A DNA stretch of 58,100 nt from a virus (taxonomy: Duplodnaviria > Caudoviricetes). The translations under genes and the position numbers were made by a program. The notes under the pieces were generated by a model. It made no database searches. It was not told the DNA's origin and worked only from the letters and a program-made list of their open reading frames with translations. Location of the stretch: IMG/VR virus record IMGVR_UViG_3300043465_000956, positions 1 through 58,100 of that record; one strand, 5' to 3'. Positions 29,201-38,823 of the stretch are shown piece by piece. Positions within the stretch are counted from its first letter, which is position 1. Each line of letters begins with the position of its first letter.

Positions 29201-31832
29201 TCCATCCCGCAGAGATGTTTGTATTTTTCAGAGGAATATTTATTAGCGGGAATTGTTGGTCCATACAGGAACAAGTATTTCCAGTGTATGGGCTGTAGGA
29301 GGCTTGAAGATCTATTCCGCTGGCTAAGCCTACACATGGAATAGTAAGCCCTGACGAGCAAGTATATGTGGGATCAAATGATACGCCCTTATATCTGCAA
29401 TGATTCCAGCCATACTTTTCTCCTCTAGCATGAGAAAAGGTTGTATTGAGCCCAGAAGCTTCAAGCATCAGATTGCCTTGAGTAGCCTCTATGCTGCCGC
29501 AGCCAACGCAGTCATCCGTATGATCAATCTCCACCAAGAATGGAACTTTATCTGTTGGCCATCCATTGGCTCTGGTTGAGCAAAGATCAAAATCTAAGTA
29601 TGGATACTCAGGAGGGGGTCCATCACATCCCAATCCATAAGCAATAGCTGGCTTTGGTCGGAAATATGGCGATACTACTCTTCCCTGACTGTCAGAAACT
29701 CCCCAGAATGGATAATTTCCTGACGCAGAGAACCCTCCTACCTGTCCACTCTCTAGTGTATATGGATTGTTAAATTGCCAATACATAGGCTGAGGATTTG
29801 TGGGAGCTACTCCAGTATTCCTATAATCCCCGGCTTGTACTAAGTTCGCAAATGCCGAGGTGATTACCTCTCTACGATCATGATATTCATTTCCGCAAAG
29901 ATTACGAATGAACCCATAGGTAGTATATGGCTGCTTGGGAAGACAAGCATAAGCTGATGATGGGATTGGGCACTCATTTAAAACAGCTCCCTCGCATTCT
30001 GACGCCCAGTCATACTGCCACAATAAATCATAACAACCATACCCAGATGGATACAGATCAAATTTTGGAAATGTCGCAAAGGTAACAGGAGATGGAACTT
30101 CGACAAAAATAGGATCTTTTTTACCCGGTGGAACATCATCTCCACAGCCGCAATCTTCCAAAGGCTTAGTCTTAGGTCCCCACACGTTTGAGAGATTGAT
30201 GTACATATAAATCTCTTGACCAGCCAACCCCTTTCTTAAGTCTTCTACTCCCGTGGGGGCAAAATATGGATGTCCTGATTCACTATATGTACAACCATCA
30301 TCGAAGTTACAGCCACGATAAACAATAGCCAATCTACTAATCATATTAGTAATTTGTTTTTCCGGCCCATCGCATTCTGCAAATGGTTCGGAGTACTGAG
30401 TGATACAGTCTGGGTATACCGATAATGAGGCCTTCTTGCTGTAGCAAGTCCCATTATTTCCTTGGGTTTTGTTATACTTCCCCTCTACCCGGATTGAGGT
30501 ATCATACTTATCTACCTCAAAAAACTGGCCATAGTAGCTGTGTTCTTGAGAGAATACAGGATAACCACTCTCAAGAAGTACACCAGTCTCGGTCACATCT
30601 GGAATGGTTTTGTTGACCCTAAACGAGTTGGCGGGATTGATCTGGCTAGTGGTCCCCAACCCGTATGTATATCTATTCTCTGGGAATCTGTTGGCCTGAA
30701 GCTTGTTTTTATCATTATTAAAAATTCGGCCAAGATCTGAGTGATAGTTTTTGATACTATTGGCCCTTTTGGTGTCATTCGATATGTTGTGGGCTGCTCC
30801 ACCGCAACACGTATTCGGGTCTGACGTTCCAAGGGCCGACCAGCGGTGTCCGGTTTCTAATACTGTGCCACTACCCAACGTGCCAACAACCTTACAGTCG
30901 GTTACCCCACTTGAGTGAGTCACTCCAAAGACTCTGTATCCACCATCTAGATATGAGCCATATACACCAAGAGCTATGCCATCAGCTATACCAGAAGCTG
31001 GGCCGCTATTGTAGGTTAAGCTTAAATGAAGGAAGTCTTGGACCCCGCCACTCCGGTAAACAGAAGCTTCTCCTTTATAGAGAGATGGAATTGACCCATC
31101 TTGGCCGCAGCCCCGTTCTCCTGATACACGTATTTGGAATGGGTCATATTCTGAGCCAAAATTATCACCTCTGAGAATCTCTTGTTTTGGAGAACCATCA
31201 CACTCTGAAACTACGCCAGAGTTCATATAGATATTGTCATAGCACGCATCTTGTGATATGTATCGCCAAGCCCCAGTCTTATTTTTAAAGATGGTGTCGG
31301 TAGTAGAGATTTTGGTCCCATAGCCGAAATTTTCTGGGAACTTCTTGTAGACCTTGGTAGGGTCTGATTGGTCGCAAGATTCCTCGTCTGAAGTGGCTGT
31401 GCCGCTTCTGTCGATCAGGTAAACCTCAGCCCCACCACGCTCTATATCATCTCTAGTGGCACCATTATAGTGTTTCAGCCCCGAGAATTCATCAGAGGTA
31501 GGGTCATCTGGGTCGTAAACGGACCTATATAGTACGTCTGGTCGTTGTTCGTCTCTAAATGGACCCTGAACTGGCCCATCCTCCCCACACTGCTTGGTAG
31601 CGAAGTGTAGCTCATCATACCCATCGAAGAAGTCGTAGTGGCCGTTAGAGAAGATGGCTGTACCGCTGGTGAGGACGTTTCCACTTCCGTCATTGAATCC
31701 CCAGAAGGTGGGATTGGCAATAACTCTGATCTTGAGCTGCTTCGGTAAAGAGATAGTGCCGTCTTGACCACAGAATTGATCATTGATGCAGTTTCTGCTA
31801 CATTCGTAGCACCCAGATAGCATATCGGCCAT
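26217..31832 (-). CDS. giant Cys-rich tail/adhesin protein (1871 aa)
   Basis: Near the end of the tail operon; about 90 Cys by manual count; Ser/Thr/Gly-rich; SD AGGA. Confidence 0.75.
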   Translation of the reverse strand: MADMLSGCYECSRNCINDQFCGQDGTISLPKQLKIRVIANPTFWGFNDGSGNVLTSGTAIFSNGHYDFFDGYDELHFATKQCGEDGPVQGPFRDEQRPDVLYRSVYDPDDPTSDEFSGLKHYNGATRDDIERGGAEVYLIDRSGTATSDEESCDQSDPTKVYKKFPENFGYGTKISTTDTIFKNKTGAWRYISQDACYDNIYMNSGVVSECDGSPKQEILRGDNFGSEYDPFQIRVSGERGCGQDGSIPSLYKGEASVYRSGGVQDFLHLSLTYNSGPASGIADGIALGVYGSYLDGGYRVFGVTHSSGVTDCKVVGTLGSGTVLETGHRWSALGTSDPNTCCGGAAHNISNDTKRANSIKNYHSDLGRIFNNDKNKLQANRFPENRYTYGLGTTSQINPANSFRVNKTIPDVTETGVLLESGYPVFSQEHSYYGQFFEVDKYDTSIRVEGKYNKTQGNNGTCYSKKASLSVYPDCITQYSEPFAECDGPEKQITNMISRLAIVYRGCNFDDGCTYSESGHPYFAPTGVEDLRKGLAGQEIYMYINLSNVWGPKTKPLEDCGCGDDVPPGKKDPIFVEVPSPVTFATFPKFDLYPSGYGCYDLLWQYDWASECEGAVLNECPIPSSAYACLPKQPYTTYGFIRNLCGNEYHDRREVITSAFANLVQAGDYRNTGVAPTNPQPMYWQFNNPYTLESGQVGGFSASGNYPFWGVSDSQGRVVSPYFRPKPAIAYGLGCDGPPPEYPYLDFDLCSTRANGWPTDKVPFLVEIDHTDDCVGCGSIEATQGNLMLEASGLNTTFSHARGEKYGWNHCRYKGVSFDPTYTCSSGLTIPCVGLASGIDLQASYSPYTGNTCSCMDQQFPLINIPLKNTNISAGWTTWNVNNSYVEVPGCAQDYLNDYFTPVPYQRSPGFSVYASFKLACDGAHKFLIPPDATGILKNYLMLSQVTGNQNVLDLMYMNAGCGHHYPSAASDLSLQASFVAVPSGNEQIFELIPDHLLYQLTLLGTINAPLTVLSALADNHVFGCNTYYSEYGCAGTNSYGQGGFYPCVYCAASATQVCDCPNITCNECDYVTSAIPVEYQNPCFCDCNLQLMRRTLIDFNGSRTVVYSSGISCTSSPSSGIVVAVSYSGEYSSVGPIYLNSNTQIAFSSIPVGATADSACSWHTGPNMLASGINYEYQEPYRLSSAGNGSTVCTTLMPETCIGDCANDSNAQQGSCGDPIPSSGSVSVNLRSCFPETMIVNKIECVGDTFNLYVAREYHSRARNWEKLVSLPGPPVTPSCQPKQIGAYRYAEGTGTVCIEVPFCTPSDSVTPAYYSEAVLEGTGIVSYRGVCNAHYSEGIHSSQDFILGSAPASGQDRLWNYFNLFYESGVPSNKYYPAIDLGNPAATPSPIPSNPCLNGESLSDTSIFDTGKYNVPVGRLGVDWTNKFHSCLQDHTECGSDFYCNKMFFPRRKYAVGTKVSRFGALQLCTSNSSLVLGDWYTGFQDFENDEYPDIILEAENTRFIHACDETIKTTITESVGLDDVIVSVADYLPLIGVDSSLFRYTSDIKSCTVISSGDCHILNKHSELSIRAGIHGPKTFLVDGKNSMGYYLDKTTAVSGDNCLFNPFKILVDVECCESVLRRREVPFDPPTMLEYIVDGVPSIACGGFVKPPPCSCYQSTCGGVLGYYELAPTAVCLTLAMPRGVAPTVVGSGIQTVCDTECYTCCAGPGNGDQMAFTVSEGTRYYGYNTTSDGSINYEIGDSSTPVGCKLVTPPCNRALPLAGGFQTCGGGDGFISGSTATVSAYQCGDYLYFSDLTPTGCCATKTLCEVLASSWRLRVGDCTIFSLADKADHSVEYLNNCGCLEAEQYRSCDTSLLHCTITEAV

Positions 31833-31955
31833 TGTATGTCCTAATCAGCCAGAAGATTACTGGCTATGTTCCTAAGTTTATTTATGAATTTTTCATATGC
31901 CAATTGCGGTGAAGATTCTTTTAATTTATCACGTTCATTTGAAATAAGTGATAAA

Positions 31956-33620
31956 TCAAAAGGCGTTCGATAGGGCTGTGTCCTCGCCACACCACTCACA
32001 AGATTTAAAGCCTTGGCTCTGAATCTTTACGCTACAAGTCTGTAATAGTCCGCCATCACATCCGACATAAGTTACAACCTGCTGTGACTTAAACTCGGCC
32101 TGCATGATCCAGTGAATATCGAGGCTCTCAGTCTCTACAGTCGCATTGGTAGGATAAATAGACACCGAGTAAGTCCTGCTACGTGGAAACCCACTATTTG
32201 GACTCACAGTCCCCGTAGTCATAACGCCACCAGTAAATGATAAAGAAACCGATGCACATATACCTGAATCTATTATGCCGAATCCCCCATAAGTGTACCC
32301 ACTTCCACCATTTCCAACCTGAAAGATTGCAATACCAGAGGAGTTGGTCACCACATTCCCCGAGGCCCCAGCGCCAGATCCCCCAACAAAACTCCCAGTA
32401 TTCACATTCTTGGATCGGCCAGTTTTCATAGTGAAACAAAGATCGCCAGTATCCAAGTTTTGCTTAAGAGGGTTCTCAATAAGAATCTTCTTATTTACTG
32501 ATGCAGTTCCGTGTCCCCCTATTCGTCCACCAGATGGGCATGGGTTGGACACATGTCCACAATCTTGACAATCTTCATTCCAAATATTATAGTAGGCCTG
32601 ACCGACATCATCAATAGTTTCTCTGATGATAAAGGCCTCGTAGTGCGGGAACTCAAGCCCAGTATAGTCTAATTGTTCATAGGTGCCAACGTTATTAGGA
32701 TTACCAGTATACGCAACATATTCTGGATCATAAATTACTCCAGTAGATGAGAATTGCCTCATCATCTCTGGACCTGATCTGGTGAACTGGTCCCTCGAAT
32801 TACTTCGCTCAACCTCATAAGAAAAGTTTGGCGGATTGTAGGTATTCGTAACTTTTGATAAGAAGACCTTGGTAGAAGTCCCAGCACTCCAGACGGCTCT
32901 GGATTGGTCCCAGCGAACGTCCAGAGGGCCAGTTTTCCAGAGGGAAGGGTTTGAGTAAGCCTGAGGATGCATCGCACCATCAGCCCCCGTGGGGACTGGG
33001 TTCCCGTCAACATCATATCCGGGACCGCTGAGGATAAGAGGGGCTCTGTGGGCTACTGATCGGATGTCCAGTAGCTCTGTCTTCTTTCTATAGTAAAAGT
33101 CAGCATCAAAGAAGTTAGTAGCTGGGTGAGTTCTGGCTTCAAGACTCTCTTCTGTAGCATTCGCATTACTGACTAAGGCGGCTGTAATATTGTGACCACC
33201 AGAAGCCCAGACCGCACTATTGTAAGATCCAGTGTCAGACACTCCAGTATTCTGGACTCCAGTTCCGAAGATATTGGAGGGATTGAAAGGGTTCAGAGCA
33301 TATACATTTATGACATCTTGACCGATGTCTGTAGGAACCTCAAAGTGCGGCAAAGATCCACTATGATATGGAGAGGTAGAGTATGGGACGTATAATCCGT
33401 CTAGACTGACTGCCCCAACTTTATTTAGCATATCTCTGTTACCAGAGGCAGAAATCAGTTGGTTATACTTGTTAAAGTATTCTGCATCGACAATAATAGT
33501 ATTGAATCTGGAAAAATCGTACGTTTCTCCACTAGCCGCCATAATATCGCCAGTAGATCTGACATTATTAATGGTTGTCGATACAATAAATTGTGTACCT
33601 TTGATCAGGTCTCGTTCCAT
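31956..33620 (-). CDS. tail/baseplate protein
   Basis: TAATG-coupled in the tail operon; WKTGPLDVRWD; NGGSGYT fibre-type repeat. Confidence 0.7.
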   Translation of the reverse strand: MERDLIKGTQFIVSTTINNVRSTGDIMAASGETYDFSRFNTIIVDAEYFNKYNQLISASGNRDMLNKVGAVSLDGLYVPYSTSPYHSGSLPHFEVPTDIGQDVINVYALNPFNPSNIFGTGVQNTGVSDTGSYNSAVWASGGHNITAALVSNANATEESLEARTHPATNFFDADFYYRKKTELLDIRSVAHRAPLILSGPGYDVDGNPVPTGADGAMHPQAYSNPSLWKTGPLDVRWDQSRAVWSAGTSTKVFLSKVTNTYNPPNFSYEVERSNSRDQFTRSGPEMMRQFSSTGVIYDPEYVAYTGNPNNVGTYEQLDYTGLEFPHYEAFIIRETIDDVGQAYYNIWNEDCQDCGHVSNPCPSGGRIGGHGTASVNKKILIENPLKQNLDTGDLCFTMKTGRSKNVNTGSFVGGSGAGASGNVVTNSSGIAIFQVGNGGSGYTYGGFGIIDSGICASVSLSFTGGVMTTGTVSPNSGFPRSRTYSVSIYPTNATVETESLDIHWIMQAEFKSQQVVTYVGCDGGLLQTCSVKIQSQGFKSCEWCGEDTALSNAF

Positions 33621-36600
33621 TATTTATTCCTAATCGTATTAGATATTTTCCTGAGTTGTTTCAGTAGCTCGCGGCTGTTCTTTCCGGCTCGCGGGGATAG
33701 CGTCCTAAAGTTATACGTCGTTTGAATATTGGAATTGTCGAAACTAATGCTGATATCAGTAATCCTAGGGCCATTAAGCAACGACTGACCCACCTTGGTG
33801 ATTATTGGCAACCCCTGAAGGGTTATGTTCCCCTCCTCTTGGGCGAATAAAGAGAAGTCGTCTATGCTATTAGCTATAGCTTGACCAGCTAAATTCATAC
33901 CCGCGAAACCACTCAGAGATGTTCCATTTACCGATGCGACAGTCCTAGTCACATTACCATCACTGTCTACAACCTGCCAATTAGTATTAATAGTCCCATA
34001 AACTGGAATCATGAAATTCTCTGGAACAAGCTCTTCATTTTGCTCGTAATCAAATTTCCCACAATAGATAGTCTCTGAAAAATTAGTAACCCATGGACCA
34101 TAGACATATCTATTTGATTTTTGTGGGATCGCTATAGATCTCGGGCAAACTGCTGCACGAGACGAGCAAGTGCCACCCAGTGTTTCACCAAAGGCTACGA
34201 TATCTCCGTTGCCATTGTTTAGAAGAACTGATCTTTCCGATCTCATCATTTCGGCCATGTGGTCAACGTATGCCCCATTTAGAGGATTAATTCCATCATG
34301 CTGAAAGGTTGACGGATAATAGACTGGATCAGTTGTAAATTTAATGAATGGAAGACCAGAACCAGCATCATTGGCTGGATTCGCGATAATCCCCCCCAAG
34401 ATATCTTTAAGGGCAGTCCCAGAATAGTGAAATGCAAAATGGGATGTATATACCCCAGTCGCTGGCTCCACAGCATTCTGCAAAGAGATTACACCCTGAT
34501 CATTATTAGACTGAAGCTCTTGGTCATAGTATCCAGATGAATACAAATAATGATTAAACAATAGAGATGGGGGAGTGTATACCCTAGTAAACAATCCATA
34601 TTGATCAAAATCTGATGCGTTAGAAGACCACTTTGTGGTCAAGCCCCTAACAGTGCCACTAGATGCAAATGCTTTAGAATTTGAATCATTCATGGCGTTA
34701 TTGGGAATATTTGAGCTAGTTCCCCTAGTAACACTCTTGGTACTATAGGCATACGTATATGCATAAAACGATCCGTAAGCTGCACTTTGGCTAGGAGCAC
34801 CAGTAGTATCTACAGTATCTATGAATGGGCAATGACCCCTGTTATAATAATCAAAGTACTGAGAAGGTACGAATAGGTACTTTTCATCTATATTTGGAGG
34901 AGTATGCGCTAGTCCAATAACTGGACAAGCTCCAGTAGCTGCTGGATCTAGGTCAAATACTGTGCTACTACTATGATCTGAAAAATCAAATTTGTACTTT
35001 ACACCCGAAGCAAATCCGGTTAGAGACCCAGTCAGGAGTCCGTAAGCGACATCATCATTCCCGCCAGCAGTAAAAGAGTGTTCGAAGTTTGCAAAGGCTT
35101 TAAGTCTTCCATCTTGGACGAAAGAAGAATCTTTAGGGGCCTCCATCTGACCAAACACATATGGTTCTACATATGCTGAATCAGAAATGTCCCATGATCT
35201 TACAAAGTTACCGACTAAACTTTCGCTGTCTTGGGTCAGTTTAGTTTTAAACACAGGTATAGGAGCGACCCAACTCTTTCCATAGTGAGTGTCCCCTATG
35301 TCTTTGATTTTTTGCCAAATCTTTTTCAAAATTCCTTCTATATCAGGCCTGCTGAATGTGGAAAGAGCGTTGGTTGTATTTATTGCCCCTATGAAAGATT
35401 GATATTTTAATACTGTAGATACGTAGTATGGAGTCGCCTTACCAATGATTCTCTCTCCAGCCTCTCCGTTCAATACCTCCCACTTGTGAGACTTCATAGC
35501 CTCCATAAACTGGACCCACGCTTCATACGAGCACATGGCCGATCTTACCTCTAGCATTGAGGCGAAATATATACCATCATAGAATGCTCCAGTAGTCGTA
35601 TCATTTGATACGATATGTTGGATATCAATAGCTATCCAATCCCATATATCGTTGGGTGGCAGTGTCTGGGTGATAACGGGAATCGACTTATTAGAATTGC
35701 TCGTTATCCCACAGGCATCCCCGGATGCGGTAACTAAGACGATCTCGCCCCAGTACTGATAAATAAAATCTCTCGGGACTATGTTCATTCGCGTCTGATA
35801 ACCCCCCACCACCATTTTACCGGCAGTCGGGTTGGTCGATCGAAGTGAGATAGAAAGATTTACTGGCCGATTGGCTATATTGTTCAGGATCTCTGTTGGG
35901 GTTGGCGTTACGGGGAATCTGCCCCCATACGGAACTGAACCTTCCGTTCCGACTCTTGCATAGTCAAAGTCCATAGGGTTTATAAATCGACCATCGTCGA
36001 GTGGAGGAATCCCCGGATTTATGTCGCCGCTAAATCCATAATCTCCAGTATCTGGTTTTTCAAGATTGAGAAGATCATATGAGAATTGGCTGAATGGCTT
36101 GGCGCAGGTCACATACTGGTTCTTGGGAATCAGTAAAATGGAAATAATGCCGCCAAAGATAGAGTTTGGATATGTCTGACTCATATCGGCTGCGAAAGTA
36201 CCATCTTTATAGTTTACATCGTTGAGTTCTACAATAAAATCTGCATTTACAGTATCACATATCAACGCAACAAACTCGGCAATAGATATAGATGGACCGG
36301 GAACTACAAAATCTTCTGGCAAATAGTTTAGTACAGAAGATATAAAAGCTATGATATCAAAGCCGTAGTAGTACGGATATGGTGGAATATAGCCCCCAGC
36401 AGTACCACAAATATTATATGTATTTGCTCCATACATTAAATTGCCACCGATATACCTCCGTGGAGATATTGCCTCTGTTCTGTTTACTATCTCGTTGATA
36501 GCGTAAGCTATCTTGTCGACCCTCATGCCAGTCGTGGAACTAGAAGCCCCGAACCCAGCAAATGGAACAACCCCAATAGCATTTCCTTCGGAGTCTCTCC

Positions 36601-37198
36601 AATCGTTTTCGTAGGCTGCAAAGACATTGATGAGGTTATAAATTCTTCCCCACATACCAGTAAAAGAGAGATTCTCATTGTTCGTCGCAAACGAAAACTG
36701 GGTAGTCTCGAAATAATCTACAGTTGGGGTCATACTTACCCCATCCGGCAGATATCCGGGCTGCTTATCTGAGTCCTCTATCTGATAGTATCCATCATCA
36801 GAGAAATACCTAGGTAGTCCCTCAAGCGTAGAACCGTAACCAGTATATCCATCTATGATTAATGTGGCGGCTTCTAGTATCTTCAATGGGCTAAGTAGAA
36901 CTACTTTGTACGCCTTATTTTCTGGGCTAGACTCTCTGCTAATTGAGTCTAATACCCCATTAAAGCCAAAGATTATATTGCCGTCGACATCAGCAATCTG
37001 AAAGAAGTAGGGAGATCCTATTACTCCCGGATTAAAATCATCGTTGTCTGTGTCATCAGTCACGAGGTCAATAGAGCAGGAGCCCGGCTGAGAAGCAAAA
37101 TCTGCTGAGCAGTTAAATTTTGCTACAGTGGCCCCCATAAATTTTTGCACTGGTATATCTGACGTATTGCCAGATCCAAAAGGAGCAATATTTTCCAT
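33620..37198 (-). CDS. tail tip/hub (Tal-like) protein
   Basis: Second gene after the tape measure; N-terminal beta-barrel pattern and C-terminal ITDISISF...TTYNF hub-like end. Confidence 0.65.
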   Translation of the reverse strand: MENIAPFGSGNTSDIPVQKFMGATVAKFNCSADFASQPGSCSIDLVTDDTDNDDFNPGVIGSPYFFQIADVDGNIIFGFNGVLDSISRESSPENKAYKVVLLSPLKILEAATLIIDGYTGYGSTLEGLPRYFSDDGYYQIEDSDKQPGYLPDGVSMTPTVDYFETTQFSFATNNENLSFTGMWGRIYNLINVFAAYENDWRDSEGNAIGVVPFAGFGASSSTTGMRVDKIAYAINEIVNRTEAISPRRYIGGNLMYGANTYNICGTAGGYIPPYPYYYGFDIIAFISSVLNYLPEDFVVPGPSISIAEFVALICDTVNADFIVELNDVNYKDGTFAADMSQTYPNSIFGGIISILLIPKNQYVTCAKPFSQFSYDLLNLEKPDTGDYGFSGDINPGIPPLDDGRFINPMDFDYARVGTEGSVPYGGRFPVTPTPTEILNNIANRPVNLSISLRSTNPTAGKMVVGGYQTRMNIVPRDFIYQYWGEIVLVTASGDACGITSNSNKSIPVITQTLPPNDIWDWIAIDIQHIVSNDTTTGAFYDGIYFASMLEVRSAMCSYEAWVQFMEAMKSHKWEVLNGEAGERIIGKATPYYVSTVLKYQSFIGAINTTNALSTFSRPDIEGILKKIWQKIKDIGDTHYGKSWVAPIPVFKTKLTQDSESLVGNFVRSWDISDSAYVEPYVFGQMEAPKDSSFVQDGRLKAFANFEHSFTAGGNDDVAYGLLTGSLTGFASGVKYKFDFSDHSSSTVFDLDPAATGACPVIGLAHTPPNIDEKYLFVPSQYFDYYNRGHCPFIDTVDTTGAPSQSAAYGSFYAYTYAYSTKSVTRGTSSNIPNNAMNDSNSKAFASSGTVRGLTTKWSSNASDFDQYGLFTRVYTPPSLLFNHYLYSSGYYDQELQSNNDQGVISLQNAVEPATGVYTSHFAFHYSGTALKDILGGIIANPANDAGSGLPFIKFTTDPVYYPSTFQHDGINPLNGAYVDHMAEMMRSERSVLLNNGNGDIVAFGETLGGTCSSRAAVCPRSIAIPQKSNRYVYGPWVTNFSETIYCGKFDYEQNEELVPENFMIPVYGTINTNWQVVDSDGNVTRTVASVNGTSLSGFAGMNLAGQAIANSIDDFSLFAQEEGNITLQGLPIITKVGQSLLNGPRITDISISFDNSNIQTTYNFRTLSPRAGKNSRELLKQLRKISNTIRNK

Positions 37199-37206
37199 TT
37201 TAATCC

Positions 37207-38823
37207 TTAATATCTTTCATAGGTCCAACTGACTGAATATGAAAAATTTCCTGTTTTTGGATTCCATGACTCCTGAGGGGCGTCATAAAATACTTTTGTC
37301 TCAATAACTCCAACCTCATTGGCTGGATTAATAGCATCATAAATAATTTGAAATTCACCAGAACGGCTAATACTAGGCTTCTGAGCAATGAACCAATTCC
37401 TAATCCCAGTAGCTGTCGGAATGTTCATTTTGCCGCTGGCATTTACGTTTGAATAATTCCAGTTGCTAACAATTGTATCCATCTGTACATTTATAGATAA
37501 ATTTCGTTTATATTCTGTTCTTGATCCTAGATACTGCAATACTGGCTGGTTTCTTCCTATTACAGGAGTAGCTGAATATATCTGCCCCGGATACGTGTCG
37601 CTTACTGAAATCTCTTCTGAGATACTACCACTAATTACATTGGGTGGTCTATTATCATAATTATAGCTATAAGTAATCTGGCCAGCATTCGGTAGTCTGC
37701 CAACAGCGGTCGTTTTTGGCATTGGGTGAACCCAAGGTAGTCCACTATTTTGCTTGACTCTATTGTATATACCAGATTCAATTATATTATAGTACGCTGT
37801 AGCATTCGAATATCTAGAAACCCCAGTCGCTTGTATGCCAGTAGGAGAATTAGTCTCAATTCCATTGATGGTTCCTTGAATCGTTACACTAGTAAGTGCT
37901 CCTTCAGATTTATCAATGTTAATCGAGCATTCTTCGAATGCTAATTGTCCAGACGGCATGGTTCCAGAAGGCACATATGAGAAGGTTTCTTCTACTGCAT
38001 AAGTCCCGCCAGTCCTGTCTATAGTCTCATTAATTTTATGATTAGTGGCGTAGTAACCGGAAGTAATACCAAGAAGACTGTATGGTAGATTCGAAATGCC
38101 TATCCCGATTACGGACTGTACATAGCCACTAGCTTGTTGCCAAGGCTGTAAAATAGTAACTCCACTAGAGTTATATACTCTTTTACCTTTTGCGTCAACC
38201 GAATGAGTTATGTTATAGGTCTTCTTGATGTCTGCCCAATTGCCTGTATTAACAACAACCTGATCAGCCTCTTGAATAGACCAATTCTCTTTTACCGATG
38301 CTACATAGTAACTAAATGAATCTTCGGTCGACCCTGCTCCGAACAGGTTATTATTTGCGGGTCCTATAAAAGTACTGAAGCCAAACTCCATCGTATAGTT
38401 GGCTGGCTTAGCCCAATTTCCTTCTGAATCTACATTAAAAGACTTAAGGTCTCCGTATAGTTTTAGACCTTGATCATGAGCAAATCCAACTATTTCTATT
38501 TTTATGCCAGTAGGTGGAGATACTAGAGACCTTAACTGCTCAATTTTAGTGATGGTAGAGATGAGTAGATCAGAATCTCCAATCCCATGCAGTGGGTCGT
38601 CATCTGGGGATTGGGTTGCTGTCCATCCGTCTGTTGACATAGAAGAACTAAAAGATAATCCAGTAGTAGATATTGGATTACCTTTGTTTTGGAGTATTTT
38701 CCCGTTTAAGGACAGGGTATAATCCGCACCTATGCTTATTCCATCATCAGACAAGATTGGAGTTTTTGAAAAACTAATTATAGGTGCTGGAAGAATTCTC
38801 TTATTATTTACTATAACTGGCAT
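37207..38823 (-). CDS. distal tail (Dit-like) protein
   Basis: Directly after the tape measure; repeated beta strands (ENWS, EECS, EEIS, ESWNP...YSVSW). Confidence 0.6.
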   Translation of the reverse strand: MPVIVNNKRILPAPIISFSKTPILSDDGISIGADYTLSLNGKILQNKGNPISTTGLSFSSSMSTDGWTATQSPDDDPLHGIGDSDLLISTITKIEQLRSLVSPPTGIKIEIVGFAHDQGLKLYGDLKSFNVDSEGNWAKPANYTMEFGFSTFIGPANNNLFGAGSTEDSFSYYVASVKENWSIQEADQVVVNTGNWADIKKTYNITHSVDAKGKRVYNSSGVTILQPWQQASGYVQSVIGIGISNLPYSLLGITSGYYATNHKINETIDRTGGTYAVEETFSYVPSGTMPSGQLAFEECSINIDKSEGALTSVTIQGTINGIETNSPTGIQATGVSRYSNATAYYNIIESGIYNRVKQNSGLPWVHPMPKTTAVGRLPNAGQITYSYNYDNRPPNVISGSISEEISVSDTYPGQIYSATPVIGRNQPVLQYLGSRTEYKRNLSINVQMDTIVSNWNYSNVNASGKMNIPTATGIRNWFIAQKPSISRSGEFQIIYDAINPANEVGVIETKVFYDAPQESWNPKTGNFSYSVSWTYERY

